Positions 36,724-47,034 of a DNA stretch of 64,000 bases are shown here, in pieces; position 1 is the first letter of the stretch; each line of letters starts with the position of its first letter. This stretch comes from Flavobacteriales bacterium (lineage in GTDB: Bacteria; Bacteroidota; Bacteroidia; CAIKAF01). The position numbers and the translations under genes are program-made. The notes below the pieces were generated by a model. The model ran no database searches. It was given only the letters and a program-made list of their open reading frames with translations, and was not told the DNA's origin. The DNA lies in the NCBI GenBank assembly GCA_026418175.1, contig JAOABX010000003.1, positions 117,084-181,083 on the forward strand, in the 5' to 3' direction.

Positions 36724-39700
36724 ATGAAGAAACTTTACTTGTGCTTAATTACATGTATGCCCATGATTATATATGGGCAAAACCAACAAATCAATAACAG
36801 CAATTTTGAGCTTTGGCAAAATTTAGGACAAAATACTGAAAAGCCCAATGACTGGAATTCGTTTATGAATGCTTCAGGGTCTTTTGCTGGTTTTGCTGCA
36901 CAGCAAATTAGACGATCAACTGTAACTAGACCAGGTTCAACTGGTCAATATAGCGCTGTTATTTGGTCAAGAAATGCTTTAGGAACGAATGCCAATGGGA
37001 ACATGACTACAGGAAGGATAAATATGGGAAGCACTACTCCCTCTAGTTCAAGCAACTATAATTATACGCAGCGCTCAAATTCAACATTTTATGAAACGAT
37101 GACGGATTTGCCTGATTCTATTATTTGCTGGGTGAAATTTAAACCAGTAAATGTATCAGGTACAGATTCAGCTCGCATGCGGGCTGTTGTGCACGGTGAT
37201 TATGATTTTCGTGATCCCAGCGATGCTGGCTCTCAGGCTCAGATTGTACGTCATGCTACGCGAAATTTTCGTGGCCCCCACAATCAATGGCAGCGCTTGA
37301 GTGTTCCATTTATTGCATCAGGACCTGCTACAACTCCTTATTACATCCTGGTAACGTTTACTACCAATAAAACACCCGGTGGAGGAAGTTACAATGACTC
37401 TTTATGGATTGATGATGTATCGCTGGTATATAATCCAACCTTGGCAACCGGTGTAATAAATCCTACTACTTATTATGTAACTCCTACTGCAGGAACTGCC
37501 ATCTCTGTTCCATTTACAGCAACCGGAACATATAATCCGGGAAATGTATTTACTGCTCAACTTTCTGATGCTTCTGGTTCATTTGCCAATCCCATTGTAC
37601 TTGGAACTTTAACCGGTACTACTTCTGGTACAATCAATGGAATAATACCTGCTGGCACACCTACTGGCACAGGATACAGGGTAAGGGTGGTTTCTTCTAA
37701 CTATCCAGTAACAGGTTCAAACAATGGAACAAACTTAACGATCAATTTAGTAACAACTTCAATAGCTCCTGCTAGTGCTCAAACTATTGAAGCGGGAGTA
37801 AACGGGACAGCTTTAACTGTTGCTGAGTCTGTTATACCTTCTTCTCGTGAATGGAAATACAGTACGATCAGCGGTGGGCCTTATACATCATTTGTTCCGG
37901 CTCAAACAGGCTCGTCCTATGTACCAAATTTTTCGACAGCAGGAGCCTATTATGTGGTTTGTGAATCTTCATACCCTGGTCTTACTGCTATTTCTAATGA
38001 AGTACTCATCAATGTGGTTGATAATACCATAACTCCGGCTTCCCCTCAAAGCATATTGATTGGTGTTAACGGAACTACGCTAACTGTATCTGAAACACCC
38101 GCTGGAACAAGTCGTGAATGGAAGTATTCTACTACTTCCGGAGGGCCTTATAATTCCTTTGTTCCTGCACAAACTGGAACTACTTATACTCCGAATTTTT
38201 CTTCTGCGGGTACCTACTATGTTGTTTGTCAAAGTGTAATTAATGGAATTACAGTTACTAGTAATGAGGTAGTTATCTCAGTAAATAATTTAACCCTTTC
38301 AACGGGCACAATCTCAGGTTCGCCGTTTGAGTTTAGTGCTTCGGCTCCTAATGCATCTGTATCTGTTCCTTATACTGTAGGCGGTACAGGAAGTTTTAAT
38401 GTAGGCAATGTGTTTACAGCTCAACTTTCAGATGCATTCGGATCATTTGCTTCTCCAGTGAATATAGGTAGCATAACTTCAACAAACAGCGGAGTAATTT
38501 CTGCAACAATTCCGTCTTCCACACCTGCAGGCACTGGATATAGAATTAGGGTAGTAGCTAGTTCGCCTGCTATTTTGGGTTCAGATAACGGATCTAATCT
38601 TGTAGTTGACCAGTTTAATAATTCCATAACACCACCTGGACCTCAAACTTTTGTGTTTTCCGGTTCGGGAACAACTCTTACAGTCAATGAATCACAAAAC
38701 ACTATTGCCAGAGAATGGAGATATGCCTCAACTCCTGGTGGTCCTTATTCATCCTTTGTTCCTGCACAAACAGGAGTACAATACACTCCTTCGTTTCCCT
38801 CTGTTGGAACATATTATGTGGTTTGTGCATCTACCAACCAATACAATGATGAAGTAATTAGCAATGAAGTGATTTGTAATGTTACTAATAGCATTACACT
38901 TACAACTACCACTGTAACAGGTGCCCCTTTTTATGTTTCACCCAGTGCGAATGTTACCGGTACGGTTTCATTTACTACTGATGTGATATATGGAACAGGG
39001 AATGTGTTTACAGCAGAATTATCTGACCTAAATGGTAGTTTTGCAACACCTGTATCAATAGGGTCATTATCCGGAACAGCATCAGGCACAATCAATATTA
39101 CAATACCTAATAACACCCCATCAGGGAATGCATATCGGATTCGGGTTGTGTCATCCAATCCACCACTTACCGGTACTCCCAATACTTCCAATTTATCTGT
39201 TGTTAATTTTGAAGTAAATGCATCACCAACCGATACTCAAAATATTGTGGTGAATACTCCCGGTACTATGATTACTGCTACTTCTTCTCATCCTGGAGTG
39301 TCATATGAGTGGAAATATAAGACCTTCCCCACAAATCCATGGAGTTCATTTTCTCCATCAGAAACCTCTAGTTCTTATACTCCCTTATTTACTAATACCG
39401 GAGGTTTTTATGTTGCTTGTATGGTAGTAAATACATGGAATGATACCTTATATACAGATCAAACAGTAATTCTTGTTTCCAACAGTCCCGGATCAGTTGA
39501 AGAACATGGGCTAAGTCAGGTATTTGGATATTTTCAGCAAGATCAGCTTGTAATAAATCTTTCTTCCTTGGCATTACAGCCTCTACAGATTACATTGTTC
39601 AATATGGCAGGTCAACAACTGGCCATGCATCAAACTTTGGGTGGTACAATTTTTAATTTTCCTGTTATGTTGCCAGCCGGTATTTATCACCTGCGCATAG

Positions 39701-39744
39701 ATGCAACCGAAGGTATCAGAAATCTCAAGATAATTAAACAATAA
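36724..39744 (+). CDS. Large secreted modular repeat protein (T9SS cargo): N-terminal domain, then alternating A (GNVFTAQLSD, ~68 aa) and B (REWKYST, ~85 aa) modules, then a T9SS CTD
   Basis: Signal peptide; three A modules (aa ~273, 560, 760) and four B modules (aa ~347, 436, 635, 833); CTD LFNMAGQQLAMHQ...GIYHLRIDA. 1006 aa. Confidence 0.75.
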   Translation: MKKLYLCLITCMPMIIYGQNQQINNSNFELWQNLGQNTEKPNDWNSFMNASGSFAGFAAQQIRRSTVTRPGSTGQYSAVIWSRNALGTNANGNMTTGRINMGSTTPSSSSNYNYTQRSNSTFYETMTDLPDSIICWVKFKPVNVSGTDSARMRAVVHGDYDFRDPSDAGSQAQIVRHATRNFRGPHNQWQRLSVPFIASGPATTPYYILVTFTTNKTPGGGSYNDSLWIDDVSLVYNPTLATGVINPTTYYVTPTAGTAISVPFTATGTYNPGNVFTAQLSDASGSFANPIVLGTLTGTTSGTINGIIPAGTPTGTGYRVRVVSSNYPVTGSNNGTNLTINLVTTSIAPASAQTIEAGVNGTALTVAESVIPSSREWKYSTISGGPYTSFVPAQTGSSYVPNFSTAGAYYVVCESSYPGLTAISNEVLINVVDNTITPASPQSILIGVNGTTLTVSETPAGTSREWKYSTTSGGPYNSFVPAQTGTTYTPNFSSAGTYYVVCQSVINGITVTSNEVVISVNNLTLSTGTISGSPFEFSASAPNASVSVPYTVGGTGSFNVGNVFTAQLSDAFGSFASPVNIGSITSTNSGVISATIPSSTPAGTGYRIRVVASSPAILGSDNGSNLVVDQFNNSITPPGPQTFVFSGSGTTLTVNESQNTIAREWRYASTPGGPYSSFVPAQTGVQYTPSFPSVGTYYVVCASTNQYNDEVISNEVICNVTNSITLTTTTVTGAPFYVSPSANVTGTVSFTTDVIYGTGNVFTAELSDLNGSFATPVSIGSLSGTASGTINITIPNNTPSGNAYRIRVVSSNPPLTGTPNTSNLSVVNFEVNASPTDTQNIVVNTPGTMITATSSHPGVSYEWKYKTFPTNPWSSFSPSETSSSYTPLFTNTGGFYVACMVVNTWNDTLYTDQTVILVSNSPGSVEEHGLSQVFGYFQQDQLVINLSSLALQPLQITLFNMAGQQLAMHQTLGGTIFNFPVMLPAGIYHLRIDATEGIRNLKIIKQ
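37540..39480 (+). repeat. Intragenic tandem modular repeats (order A-B-B ... A-B ... A-B) inside 36724..39744
   Basis: Approximate repeat-unit DNA spans: A 37540-37745, B 37762-38028, B 38029-38290, A 38404-38610, B 38627-38880, A 38995-39200, B 39220-39480. The amino-acid copies are ~50-75% identical. Confidence 0.6.
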
Positions 39745-39768
39745 TTTATTTCGGTTAAATAAAAAAAA

Positions 39769-39794
39769 GCCCCGATTAATCGGGGCTTTTTTTT
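39769..39794. terminator. Bidirectional rho-independent terminator between 36724..39744 (+) and pgk (-)
   Basis: gccccg-attaat-cggggc hairpin flanked by AAAAAAAA upstream and TTTTTTTT downstream. Confidence 0.7.
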
Positions 39795-39811
39795 AAGCAA
39801 AATATTATCAA

Positions 39812-41005
39812 TTAACTTTCAATAGCAGCTATTCCGGGCAATTTAATGCCTTCCATAAATTCTAGCATGGCTCCTCCGCCCGTAGAAACATAACTGATAG
39901 ATGTTGCTAAATTAAATTTATTAACTGCTGCTACAGAATCACCTCCACCCACCAGCGAAAATGCTCCTTTTTCAGTAGCATCTGCTATAGCTATACCAAT
40001 CATTTGAGTACCCTTTTGAAATGTTTCCATTTCAAAAACTCCCATAGGGCCATTCCATAAAATGGTTTTTGCCGATAGAATTACCTGCCGGAATTGTTCA
40101 ATAGCTTTCGGTCCTATATCTAATCCCATAAAACCAGATTCAATCTGGTGGGTATCCATCACTTTAATGATTCCATCTTCTCCAAATTTATCAGAGCAAA
40201 CAGAGTCAACCGGGAGGTGAAATTTAACTCCATGTTTTACACACAATTCCAAAATATTTTGGGCATCTTCCAGCATTTCATTTTCTACTAGCGAATTGCC
40301 AACCTGGCCTCCTTGAGCTTTGATAAACGTAAATACCATGCCCCCTCCAATGATGAAGTGATCAACTTTATCTACCAGGTTTTTCAAAATATTAATTTTT
40401 GATGAAACTTTTGCTCCTCCAATAATGGCTACATATGGACGTTCTATATTTTCAAGAACCCTACCGATGTTTTTAACTTCTTCGGCCATCAAAAATCCTA
40501 ATGCTTTGCGGTCTTTGAAAAACTCTGCAATAACAGCGGTAGATGCATGCCTGCGATGTGCAGTTCCAAAGGCATCATTGATATAAAAATTGCCTAATGA
40601 TGCCAACTGTTGAGAAAACAAGGTGTCTCCTTTTTCTTCTTCTACATGAAATCGTAAATTTTCAAGCAATAATACTTCGCCGGGTTTAAGTGCAGCAGCC
40701 GCCTCTTCGGCTTGTGGCCCAATGCAGTCGGCTGCAAAATGAATTACTGTATTAGGGAGTGAAGCTTGCAATGCAGGCAATACATGTTTTAGGGAATATT
40801 TTTGATCAAAACCACCTTTTGGACGACCTAAATGCGACATCAAAATTGCGCTTCCGCCATCATTCAGTACTTTGCGAATGGTGGGAATTGCAGCACGGAT
40901 CCGCGTATCGTCAGTTACTTCAAATTTTTCATTTAGCGGAACATTAAAATCTACCCGAATGAGGGCTTTTACATTTTTAAAGTTGATATCCCTGATTGTC
41001 TTCAT
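39812..41005 (-). CDS. pgk: Phosphoglycerate kinase
   Basis: 397 aa; N-terminal RVDFNVP; conserved GGGA...GGGDS glycine-rich C-domain motifs. Confidence 0.95.
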   Translation of the reverse strand: MKTIRDINFKNVKALIRVDFNVPLNEKFEVTDDTRIRAAIPTIRKVLNDGGSAILMSHLGRPKGGFDQKYSLKHVLPALQASLPNTVIHFAADCIGPQAEEAAAALKPGEVLLLENLRFHVEEEKGDTLFSQQLASLGNFYINDAFGTAHRRHASTAVIAEFFKDRKALGFLMAEEVKNIGRVLENIERPYVAIIGGAKVSSKINILKNLVDKVDHFIIGGGMVFTFIKAQGGQVGNSLVENEMLEDAQNILELCVKHGVKFHLPVDSVCSDKFGEDGIIKVMDTHQIESGFMGLDIGPKAIEQFRQVILSAKTILWNGPMGVFEMETFQKGTQMIGIAIADATEKGAFSLVGGGDSVAAVNKFNLATSISYVSTGGGAMLEFMEGIKLPGIAAIES

Positions 41006-41121
41006 AGGCTTTTATGACAGGTGCAAAAGTAACCAAATTGATATATCTGTACTAATAATTTCAATTTCAGTAGTTAAATACAGTTTTAAGAACTTGCTGT
41101 TTTTTGTTACGTTTGTACATC

Positions 41122-42264
41122 ATGAAATTTTCTGATGTAGTTGGTCATACCGAAATTAAAGATAAACTCCGCAAATCAGTGGCTGAAGGAAGAATTTCTC
41201 ATGCCCAATTATTTTTGGGGTATGAGGGAAGTGGTAATTTGCCTTTGGCCAGAGCATATGCGCAGTATGTACTTTGTTCAAATCGTTTAGAAATTGATTC
41301 ATGTGGGGTTTGTTCTTCTTGCCAAATGGTTACTAAAATGGCACATCCAGATGTGCATTATGCTTTTCCGGTTGTTACGCCTTCCAGTAAAAAAGAGCCA
41401 TCGCTTAGCGATGATTTTATAGAGCAGTTTCGTAATATCATGTTGGCAGAACCCTACAGCAATTATTCCGATTGGGTTGAATACGCTTTTAAAGAAGGTA
41501 AAAATGCTATCATCAATGTTCGTCAGGCAGAAGAAATAGCTAAAAAACTAAGGCTTAAAGCATATGAAGGGTCATATAAATTCATGATTATTTGGCTACC
41601 GGAACAAATGAATATCCAAGCAGGCAATAAATTGCTAAAACTCATCGAAGAACCCCCTCCTCAAACTGTCCTGTTACTGGTTTCAGATAATGATGATCAA
41701 ATTCTTTCTACCATCCTTTCACGAACACAATTAATAAAGTTGAAAAAAATTTCTGATTTTGACATGATGGAAGGCCTATTGGCTCGCTATCGGCTTTCCA
41801 TGGATCGAGCTCGTGAAATTGTAAATATATCTGACGGAAATTTTTCTCAAGCTCTTACGTTAGCTGAATATGATGAAGATCATGAAAAACATTTTGAAAT
41901 GTTTGTTCAATGGATGCGGGCTTGCTTTACTTTGGATATAGCTACCTTAATGGCTTTAGGCGACGAGCTGCATAATGCATCAAAAGACCAGCAAAAATCA
42001 TTTTTGCTATATTGCATGCACATGATGCGTGAAGCTTTGATGAATAATTTTGATACGATGTTAATGCGGGTAACTGAAAATGAACGTAACTTTTTAATAA
42101 AATTTTCAGCTTTTGTGCATGAGGGAAACATCGAACAAATAGCTTCTCTCTTAGAAAAGGCGGTTTATTATATTGACCGAAATGCTAGTGTGAAAATTAT
42201 GTTTATGGACATTTCACTACAATTTCAGGATTTGCTGAAAGATAGATCCGCTTTTGCTATTTAA
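41122..42264 (+). CDS. holB: DNA polymerase III subunit delta' (clamp-loader AAA+ protein)
   Basis: ATG at 41122 (MKFSDVVGHTEIKDKL...); the track's upstream TTG at 41104 is less likely. RISHAQLFLGYEGSG..LPLA (degenerate Walker A typical of delta'); a CxxC zinc module (CGVCSSCQ). Confidence 0.7.
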   Translation: MKFSDVVGHTEIKDKLRKSVAEGRISHAQLFLGYEGSGNLPLARAYAQYVLCSNRLEIDSCGVCSSCQMVTKMAHPDVHYAFPVVTPSSKKEPSLSDDFIEQFRNIMLAEPYSNYSDWVEYAFKEGKNAIINVRQAEEIAKKLRLKAYEGSYKFMIIWLPEQMNIQAGNKLLKLIEEPPPQTVLLLVSDNDDQILSTILSRTQLIKLKKISDFDMMEGLLARYRLSMDRAREIVNISDGNFSQALTLAEYDEDHEKHFEMFVQWMRACFTLDIATLMALGDELHNASKDQQKSFLLYCMHMMREALMNNFDTMLMRVTENERNFLIKFSAFVHEGNIEQIASLLEKAVYYIDRNASVKIMFMDISLQFQDLLKDRSAFAI

Positions 42265-42367
42265 ATCGCTTTTTTTCAATTATTAATGATTGATAATCTG
42301 CGTATTATTCGTCTTTAATAGGCATAGTCCACAATTATTCGTATGTTTGGAAGTTAAAATTAACAAT

Positions 42368-43507
42368 ATGGGATGTGGTAGTTGTTCAACAAGAGGCGGA
42401 GGGCTTCCCAAAGGATGTAACAATAATGGTTCCTGCAGCACGGGAGGGTGTAATAAGTTGGAAGTATTTGACTGGTTGGCAAACATGCGCTCTCCTAGTT
42501 CTGAGAATGAAACAGAATGGGTGGAAGTACGATTTAAAAATACCCGTAAGGAGTTTTTTGTCAACGAACATAGGCTTCCTTTGCAGATTGGGGATACGGT
42601 GGCTGTAGAGGGTTCGCCCGGACATGATATCGGTATTGTAAGCCTAACGGGTGAATTAGTCAAATTACAGATGAAAAAACTGCGGGTTAATGAAAAAAAT
42701 CAGGAAAAAAAAGTCATCTATCGTAAAGCACGGGAAAACGACATTAAGCGCTGGCAGGAAGCTATAGCGAAAGAAGACGAATTTATGCGTTATTGTCGTA
42801 AGGTTGCCAGAGAATTAGGATTAGAAATGAAGGTAAGCGATGTGGAATGTCAGGGCGACGGCACCAAAGCCACATTTTTCTATACGGCCGAAGGTAGGGT
42901 TGATTTTAGGGAGCTGATAAAAATATTGGCCCGCGATTTAAAGGTGCGGATTGAAATGCGCCAAATAGGTTATCGCCAGGAAGCCGGACGCTTGGGAGGT
43001 ATTGGAGTATGTGGCCGAGAATTATGTTGTTCTACTTGGCTTCGCGATTTTCGTTCTGTTACAACCACGGCTGCCCGTTATCAGCAATTGTCTATAAATC
43101 CGCAAAAACTTGCCGGACAATGTGGAAAGCTGAAATGCTGTTTAAACTATGAACTGGACAGTTATCTGGATGCTTTAAAAGATTTTCCCAAAGGGAATAT
43201 TAAATTAATTACCAAAGCAGGCGAAGCCTCGCTTCAGAAAACAGATATATTTAAACGAATATTGCATTATTCGTATGATGCTAATCCAGGAGTTCTTATT
43301 CCGTTAGAATTAGAAATTGTAAATGAAATTATCCGAATGAATCAAAAAGGAATAATTCCTGAAGATTTAGCCGGTTTTCTGAATGAAGAACCTAAAAAAG
43401 AAATAGAGGCCGATTTTTCAAATGTAATTGAAGAAGGAAGCCTTACAAGATTTGATAATAAAAATAAACGCAGAAACAAGAAAAAGAAGAAAAGGCAGGA
43501 TGCATAA
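42368..43507 (+). CDS. PSP1 C-terminal domain protein (RicT/YaaT-like)
   Basis: ATG at 42368 (MGCGSCSTRGGG..., Cys-rich N-terminus); the 78 nt of track ORF upstream is probably not translated. PSP1 core DIGIVSLTGELV...KATFFYTAEGRVDFRELIKILA. The stop overlaps the gldH start (ATGCATAA). Confidence 0.65.
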   Translation: MGCGSCSTRGGGLPKGCNNNGSCSTGGCNKLEVFDWLANMRSPSSENETEWVEVRFKNTRKEFFVNEHRLPLQIGDTVAVEGSPGHDIGIVSLTGELVKLQMKKLRVNEKNQEKKVIYRKARENDIKRWQEAIAKEDEFMRYCRKVARELGLEMKVSDVECQGDGTKATFFYTAEGRVDFRELIKILARDLKVRIEMRQIGYRQEAGRLGGIGVCGRELCCSTWLRDFRSVTTTAARYQQLSINPQKLAGQCGKLKCCLNYELDSYLDALKDFPKGNIKLITKAGEASLQKTDIFKRILHYSYDANPGVLIPLELEIVNEIIRMNQKGIIPEDLAGFLNEEPKKEIEADFSNVIEEGSLTRFDNKNKRRNKKKKKRQDA

Positions 43508-43979
43508 GTTTTTCTATATGCTTTTACTGGCACTGATGCTGGTTTCTTGTGATAAAAACAAGATTTATGAGCATTATGTTGATATTCCCGGAGGGAAATG
43601 GGATGCTGAATCGCCGGCTACATTTGAAGTGGAGATTCCAGATACAACACAGCCTTTGAATGTGTTAATGAACTTTCGAACTACAAAGGATTATCCATAT
43701 CAGAATCTTTATATTTTTCTTACAACAGTATTTCCCGATGGAAATATTGCACAGGATACCATGGAGTTTTATTTCATGGATAATAAAGGTAAGCCGCTGG
43801 GTGACTGCACTGCACAAGCGTGTAATTATAAATTTATGGTAATGCAAGGTATTCGATTCCCCTTTACTGGTTCATATACGTTCAGGATTCATCAGGCAAT
43901 GAGAACATCGAATAATCAATTAACCGATGTATTGAATGTAGGGATGAGAATTGAGAAATCAACAATGCAGCGAAAATAA
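43500..43979 (+). CDS. gldH: Gliding motility lipoprotein GldH
   Basis: ATG at 43500 (MHKFFYMLLLALMLVSCDK lipoprotein signal); ~159 aa; conserved position between holB/PSP1 and a class A PBP as in Flavobacterium. Confidence 0.65.
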   Translation: MHKFFYMLLLALMLVSCDKNKIYEHYVDIPGGKWDAESPATFEVEIPDTTQPLNVLMNFRTTKDYPYQNLYIFLTTVFPDGNIAQDTMEFYFMDNKGKPLGDCTAQACNYKFMVMQGIRFPFTGSYTFRIHQAMRTSNNQLTDVLNVGMRIEKSTMQRK

Positions 43980-43984
43980 GCAAT

Positions 43985-46297
43985 ATGGCAAAAAGTAATA
44001 AAAACACCTCAACGAATCGCTGGAAATTATGGCTCTGGCTCATCGTGTTTTCTCCGCTCATTATGCTATTGCTTGTATTTGGTTTAGCGGCACTGGGAGT
44101 TTTTGGCCCGCTACCTACATTTGAAGAACTTGAAAATCCGAAAAGCAATCAGGCTACTGTGGTCTATTCCATTGAGGGCAAAGAGCTTGGAAAATATTAC
44201 ATAGAAAACAGAACTAATGTATCTTACGAAGAAATATCACCCAATGTATTTAATGCATTAATTGCTACAGAAGATGAACGATTTTATAAACATTCTGGCA
44301 TTGATGCAGAAGCATTGGCTCGTGTTGCAAAGGGCATTATTACACGTGACAGTAAAGGAGGAGGAAGCACCATAACCCAACAGCTGGCAAAGCTTTTGTT
44401 TCATAATAAACCCAAAAGTAAACTAGAGCGCGTATTCCAAAAATTTAAAGAATGGGTAATTGCCCTTCGGCTTGAAAGAAGTTATACCAAAAAGGAAATT
44501 ATTACCATGTACCTTAATGTGGCCGATTTTGGTCATAATATCTTTGGTATAAGTTCGGCTTCAAAAATTTATTTTGATAAAAAACCTATTGACCTTTCTA
44601 TCAATGAAGCATCCATGCTTATAGGCCTTTTAAAGGCTCCCACCCGTTATAGTCCGATAAAAAATCCGGAGCGGTGTAAAACTCGACGAAATACTGTATT
44701 AATGCAGCAGGTTAAAAATAAATTTATAACCCGCGAACAATATGAAGCATTAAAAAACGAACCGGTCATTTTAGATTATCAATCCCTGGATAAACGAATT
44801 GAAAAAAACACTTATGGCCATGGAGATTTGGCTCCATATTTTATGGAAGAATTAAAAAAAGACTTACAGGTTTGGTGTGAACAGCATGTAAACCCGCAAA
44901 CCGGAAAACCCTACAATATTTATAAAGATGGTTTAAGGGTTTATACTACCATTGATTACAAAATGCAAACGTATGCTGAGCAGGCAGTAAAAGAATATAT
45001 GCCTGAATTGCAGGATAAATTTTTCCGTTCAAAAAAAGGAAAAAAGAATGCACCGTTTAGTTATGAATTAAAACAAGAAGAAATAGAAAAAATTATACAG
45101 CAAGCCATTCGACGTTCGGACGGGTATAAAAAAATGAAAGAAGATGGAATGAGTGATGAAGAAATTCAACGTGTATTTAATACCCCTGTTCCGATGAAAG
45201 TTTTTTCATGGAAAGGAGAGCGTGATACAGTGATGTCTCCCAGAGATTCAATTATTTATCATAAATATTTTTTACACAATGGGGTGTTAGCCATGAATCC
45301 ACATACCGGCCATGTGAAAGCCTGGGTGGGAGGAATAGATTTTAGGTATTTTAAGTATGACCATGTACGTGCCGGACGCTATGATAAAAAATCAAAAATG
45401 GTTTTACCGGCGGGGGGGCGTCAGGTAGGTTCAACCTTTAAACCTTTTGTTTATGCTATGGCCATGATGGAAGGTCGATCACCCTGTGAGCAGTTGCCTA
45501 ATGTACGAGTATGTATAGAAAAGGGCGTAGATAAACCTTGGTGTCCTGATAATTCAGGTGATTACAAAGAGGGAAGTATGGTTACCATGCGTGAAGCATT
45601 GGCCAATTCTATTAACTATATTTCTGCCCTTTTAATGAAACAATATGGTCCGCATGCAGTAGTGAATCTTGTAAAAAAAATGGGAATAACCAGCCCAATT
45701 GATCCTGTTCCTTCTATTTGTTTGGGAACTCCCGATGTTTCTGTGATTGAAATGGTAGGAGCATTTTCCACTTTTTTTAATAAAGGTATTTATACTCGTC
45801 CAATATTTCTGCTTCGCATTGAAGATAAAAATGGCAGTGTGTTGCAAGAATTTGTTACCGAACGTCGTGAAGTTATGAACGAACAATCGGCATTTTTGAT
45901 GGTAGAATTAATGAAAGGAGTAGTATTACAAGGAACTGCAGGAAGATTAAGATCTCGTTATAAATTCACAGCTCCGGTGGCTGGCAAAACAGGAACTACC
46001 CAAAACAACTCCGATGGATGGTTTATAGGTGGAACTCCGGATTTGGTTTGTGGAGTATGGACAGGTGCTGAAGACCGTTCTGTTCATTTTTACAGTACAG
46101 CAGAAGGCCAGGGAGCAAATATGGCACTCCCCATATGGGCTATTTTTATGAAGAAGGTATATGATGATACTGAAATAGAGTTGAACAGAGGCGATTTTGA
46201 TAAACCGGCTACTCCGGTTACTATTGAGCTGGATTGTAAAGAATACAATGCGGGCCAATGGGAAGAACAACAGGAAAAAGATGTTGATTTTGATTAA
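43985..46297 (+). CDS. mrcA: Class A penicillin-binding protein 1A (transglycosylase/transpeptidase)
   Basis: N-terminal TM anchor; GT51 motifs EDERFYKHSGID and GGSTITQQLAK; transpeptidase SxxK (STFK), SxN and KTG(T) (KTGTT). 770 aa. Confidence 0.85.
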   Translation: MAKSNKNTSTNRWKLWLWLIVFSPLIMLLLVFGLAALGVFGPLPTFEELENPKSNQATVVYSIEGKELGKYYIENRTNVSYEEISPNVFNALIATEDERFYKHSGIDAEALARVAKGIITRDSKGGGSTITQQLAKLLFHNKPKSKLERVFQKFKEWVIALRLERSYTKKEIITMYLNVADFGHNIFGISSASKIYFDKKPIDLSINEASMLIGLLKAPTRYSPIKNPERCKTRRNTVLMQQVKNKFITREQYEALKNEPVILDYQSLDKRIEKNTYGHGDLAPYFMEELKKDLQVWCEQHVNPQTGKPYNIYKDGLRVYTTIDYKMQTYAEQAVKEYMPELQDKFFRSKKGKKNAPFSYELKQEEIEKIIQQAIRRSDGYKKMKEDGMSDEEIQRVFNTPVPMKVFSWKGERDTVMSPRDSIIYHKYFLHNGVLAMNPHTGHVKAWVGGIDFRYFKYDHVRAGRYDKKSKMVLPAGGRQVGSTFKPFVYAMAMMEGRSPCEQLPNVRVCIEKGVDKPWCPDNSGDYKEGSMVTMREALANSINYISALLMKQYGPHAVVNLVKKMGITSPIDPVPSICLGTPDVSVIEMVGAFSTFFNKGIYTRPIFLLRIEDKNGSVLQEFVTERREVMNEQSAFLMVELMKGVVLQGTAGRLRSRYKFTAPVAGKTGTTQNNSDGWFIGGTPDLVCGVWTGAEDRSVHFYSTAEGQGANMALPIWAIFMKKVYDDTEIELNRGDFDKPATPVTIELDCKEYNAGQWEEQQEKDVDFD

Positions 46298-46315
46298 TTA
46301 TCATAAAATATAACT

Positions 46316-47014
46316 ATGAATAAAGTATTTAAAAATGCTGAAGAGGCCATTCACGATATTAAAGACGGAATGGTACTTATGCTTGGCGGTTTCGGATTAT
46401 GTGGTATCCCTGAAAATTGCATTGCTGCGCTTGTTAAAAAAGGAGTAAAAAATTTAACCTGTATTTCCAACAATGCCGGAGTAGATGATTTTGGCATTGG
46501 TTTAATGCTAAAACAACGGCAAGTTAAAAAGATGATTTCTTCATATGTAGGAGAAAATGCTGAATTTGAAAGGCAATTATTAAGTGGGGAGTTAGAAGTA
46601 GAATTAATTCCCCAGGGAACATTAGCTACCCGCTGTATGATGGCAGGCTATGGAATACCGGCATTCTATACTCCTGCTGGTGTAGGAACCGAAGTAGCAG
46701 AGGGAAAAGAAGTAAGAAATTTTAACGGAAAAGATTATTTAATGGAGTATGCCTTTGATGCCGATTTTGCCTTAGTAAAGGCTTGGAAGGGGGATACTAT
46801 GGGAAATCTTATTTTTAAAGATACAGCCCGAAATTTTAATCCGTTAATGGCCATGGCCGGTAAAATTACTGTTGCAGAAGTAGAAGAGTTGGTTCCTGCA
46901 GGTGAACTTGATCCCAATCAAATTCATACTCCGGGAATTTATGTACATCGAATTTTTCAAGGAATAAATTATGAAAAACGGATTGAGCAACGAACAGTAA
47001 GAAAAAGAGATTAA
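46316..47014 (+). CDS. scoA: 3-oxoacid CoA-transferase subunit A
   Basis: 232 aa; [10 protein letters not shown] motif; family I CoA-transferase alpha subunit. Confidence 0.8.
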   Translation: MNKVFKNAEEAIHDIKDGMVLMLGGFGLCGIPENCIAALVKKGVKNLTCISNNAGVDDFGIGLMLKQRQVKKMISSYVGENAEFERQLLSGELEVELIPQGTLATRCMMAGYGIPAFYTPAGVGTEVAEGKEVRNFNGKDYLMEYAFDADFALVKAWKGDTMGNLIFKDTARNFNPLMAMAGKITVAEVEELVPAGELDPNQIHTPGIYVHRIFQGINYEKRIEQRTVRKRD

Positions 47015-47034
47015 CTCATAGAATAAAGATTTGT

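Noticed and set aside
42290-42367. N-terminal 26-codon extension of the PSP1 gene in the ORF track (MIICVLFVFNRHSPQLFVCLEVKINN)
   Set aside because: The in-frame ATG at 42368 gives the Cys-rich N-terminus typical of the family. The extension starts at a non-ATG codon and runs into the holB terminator region, so it was judged non-translated.
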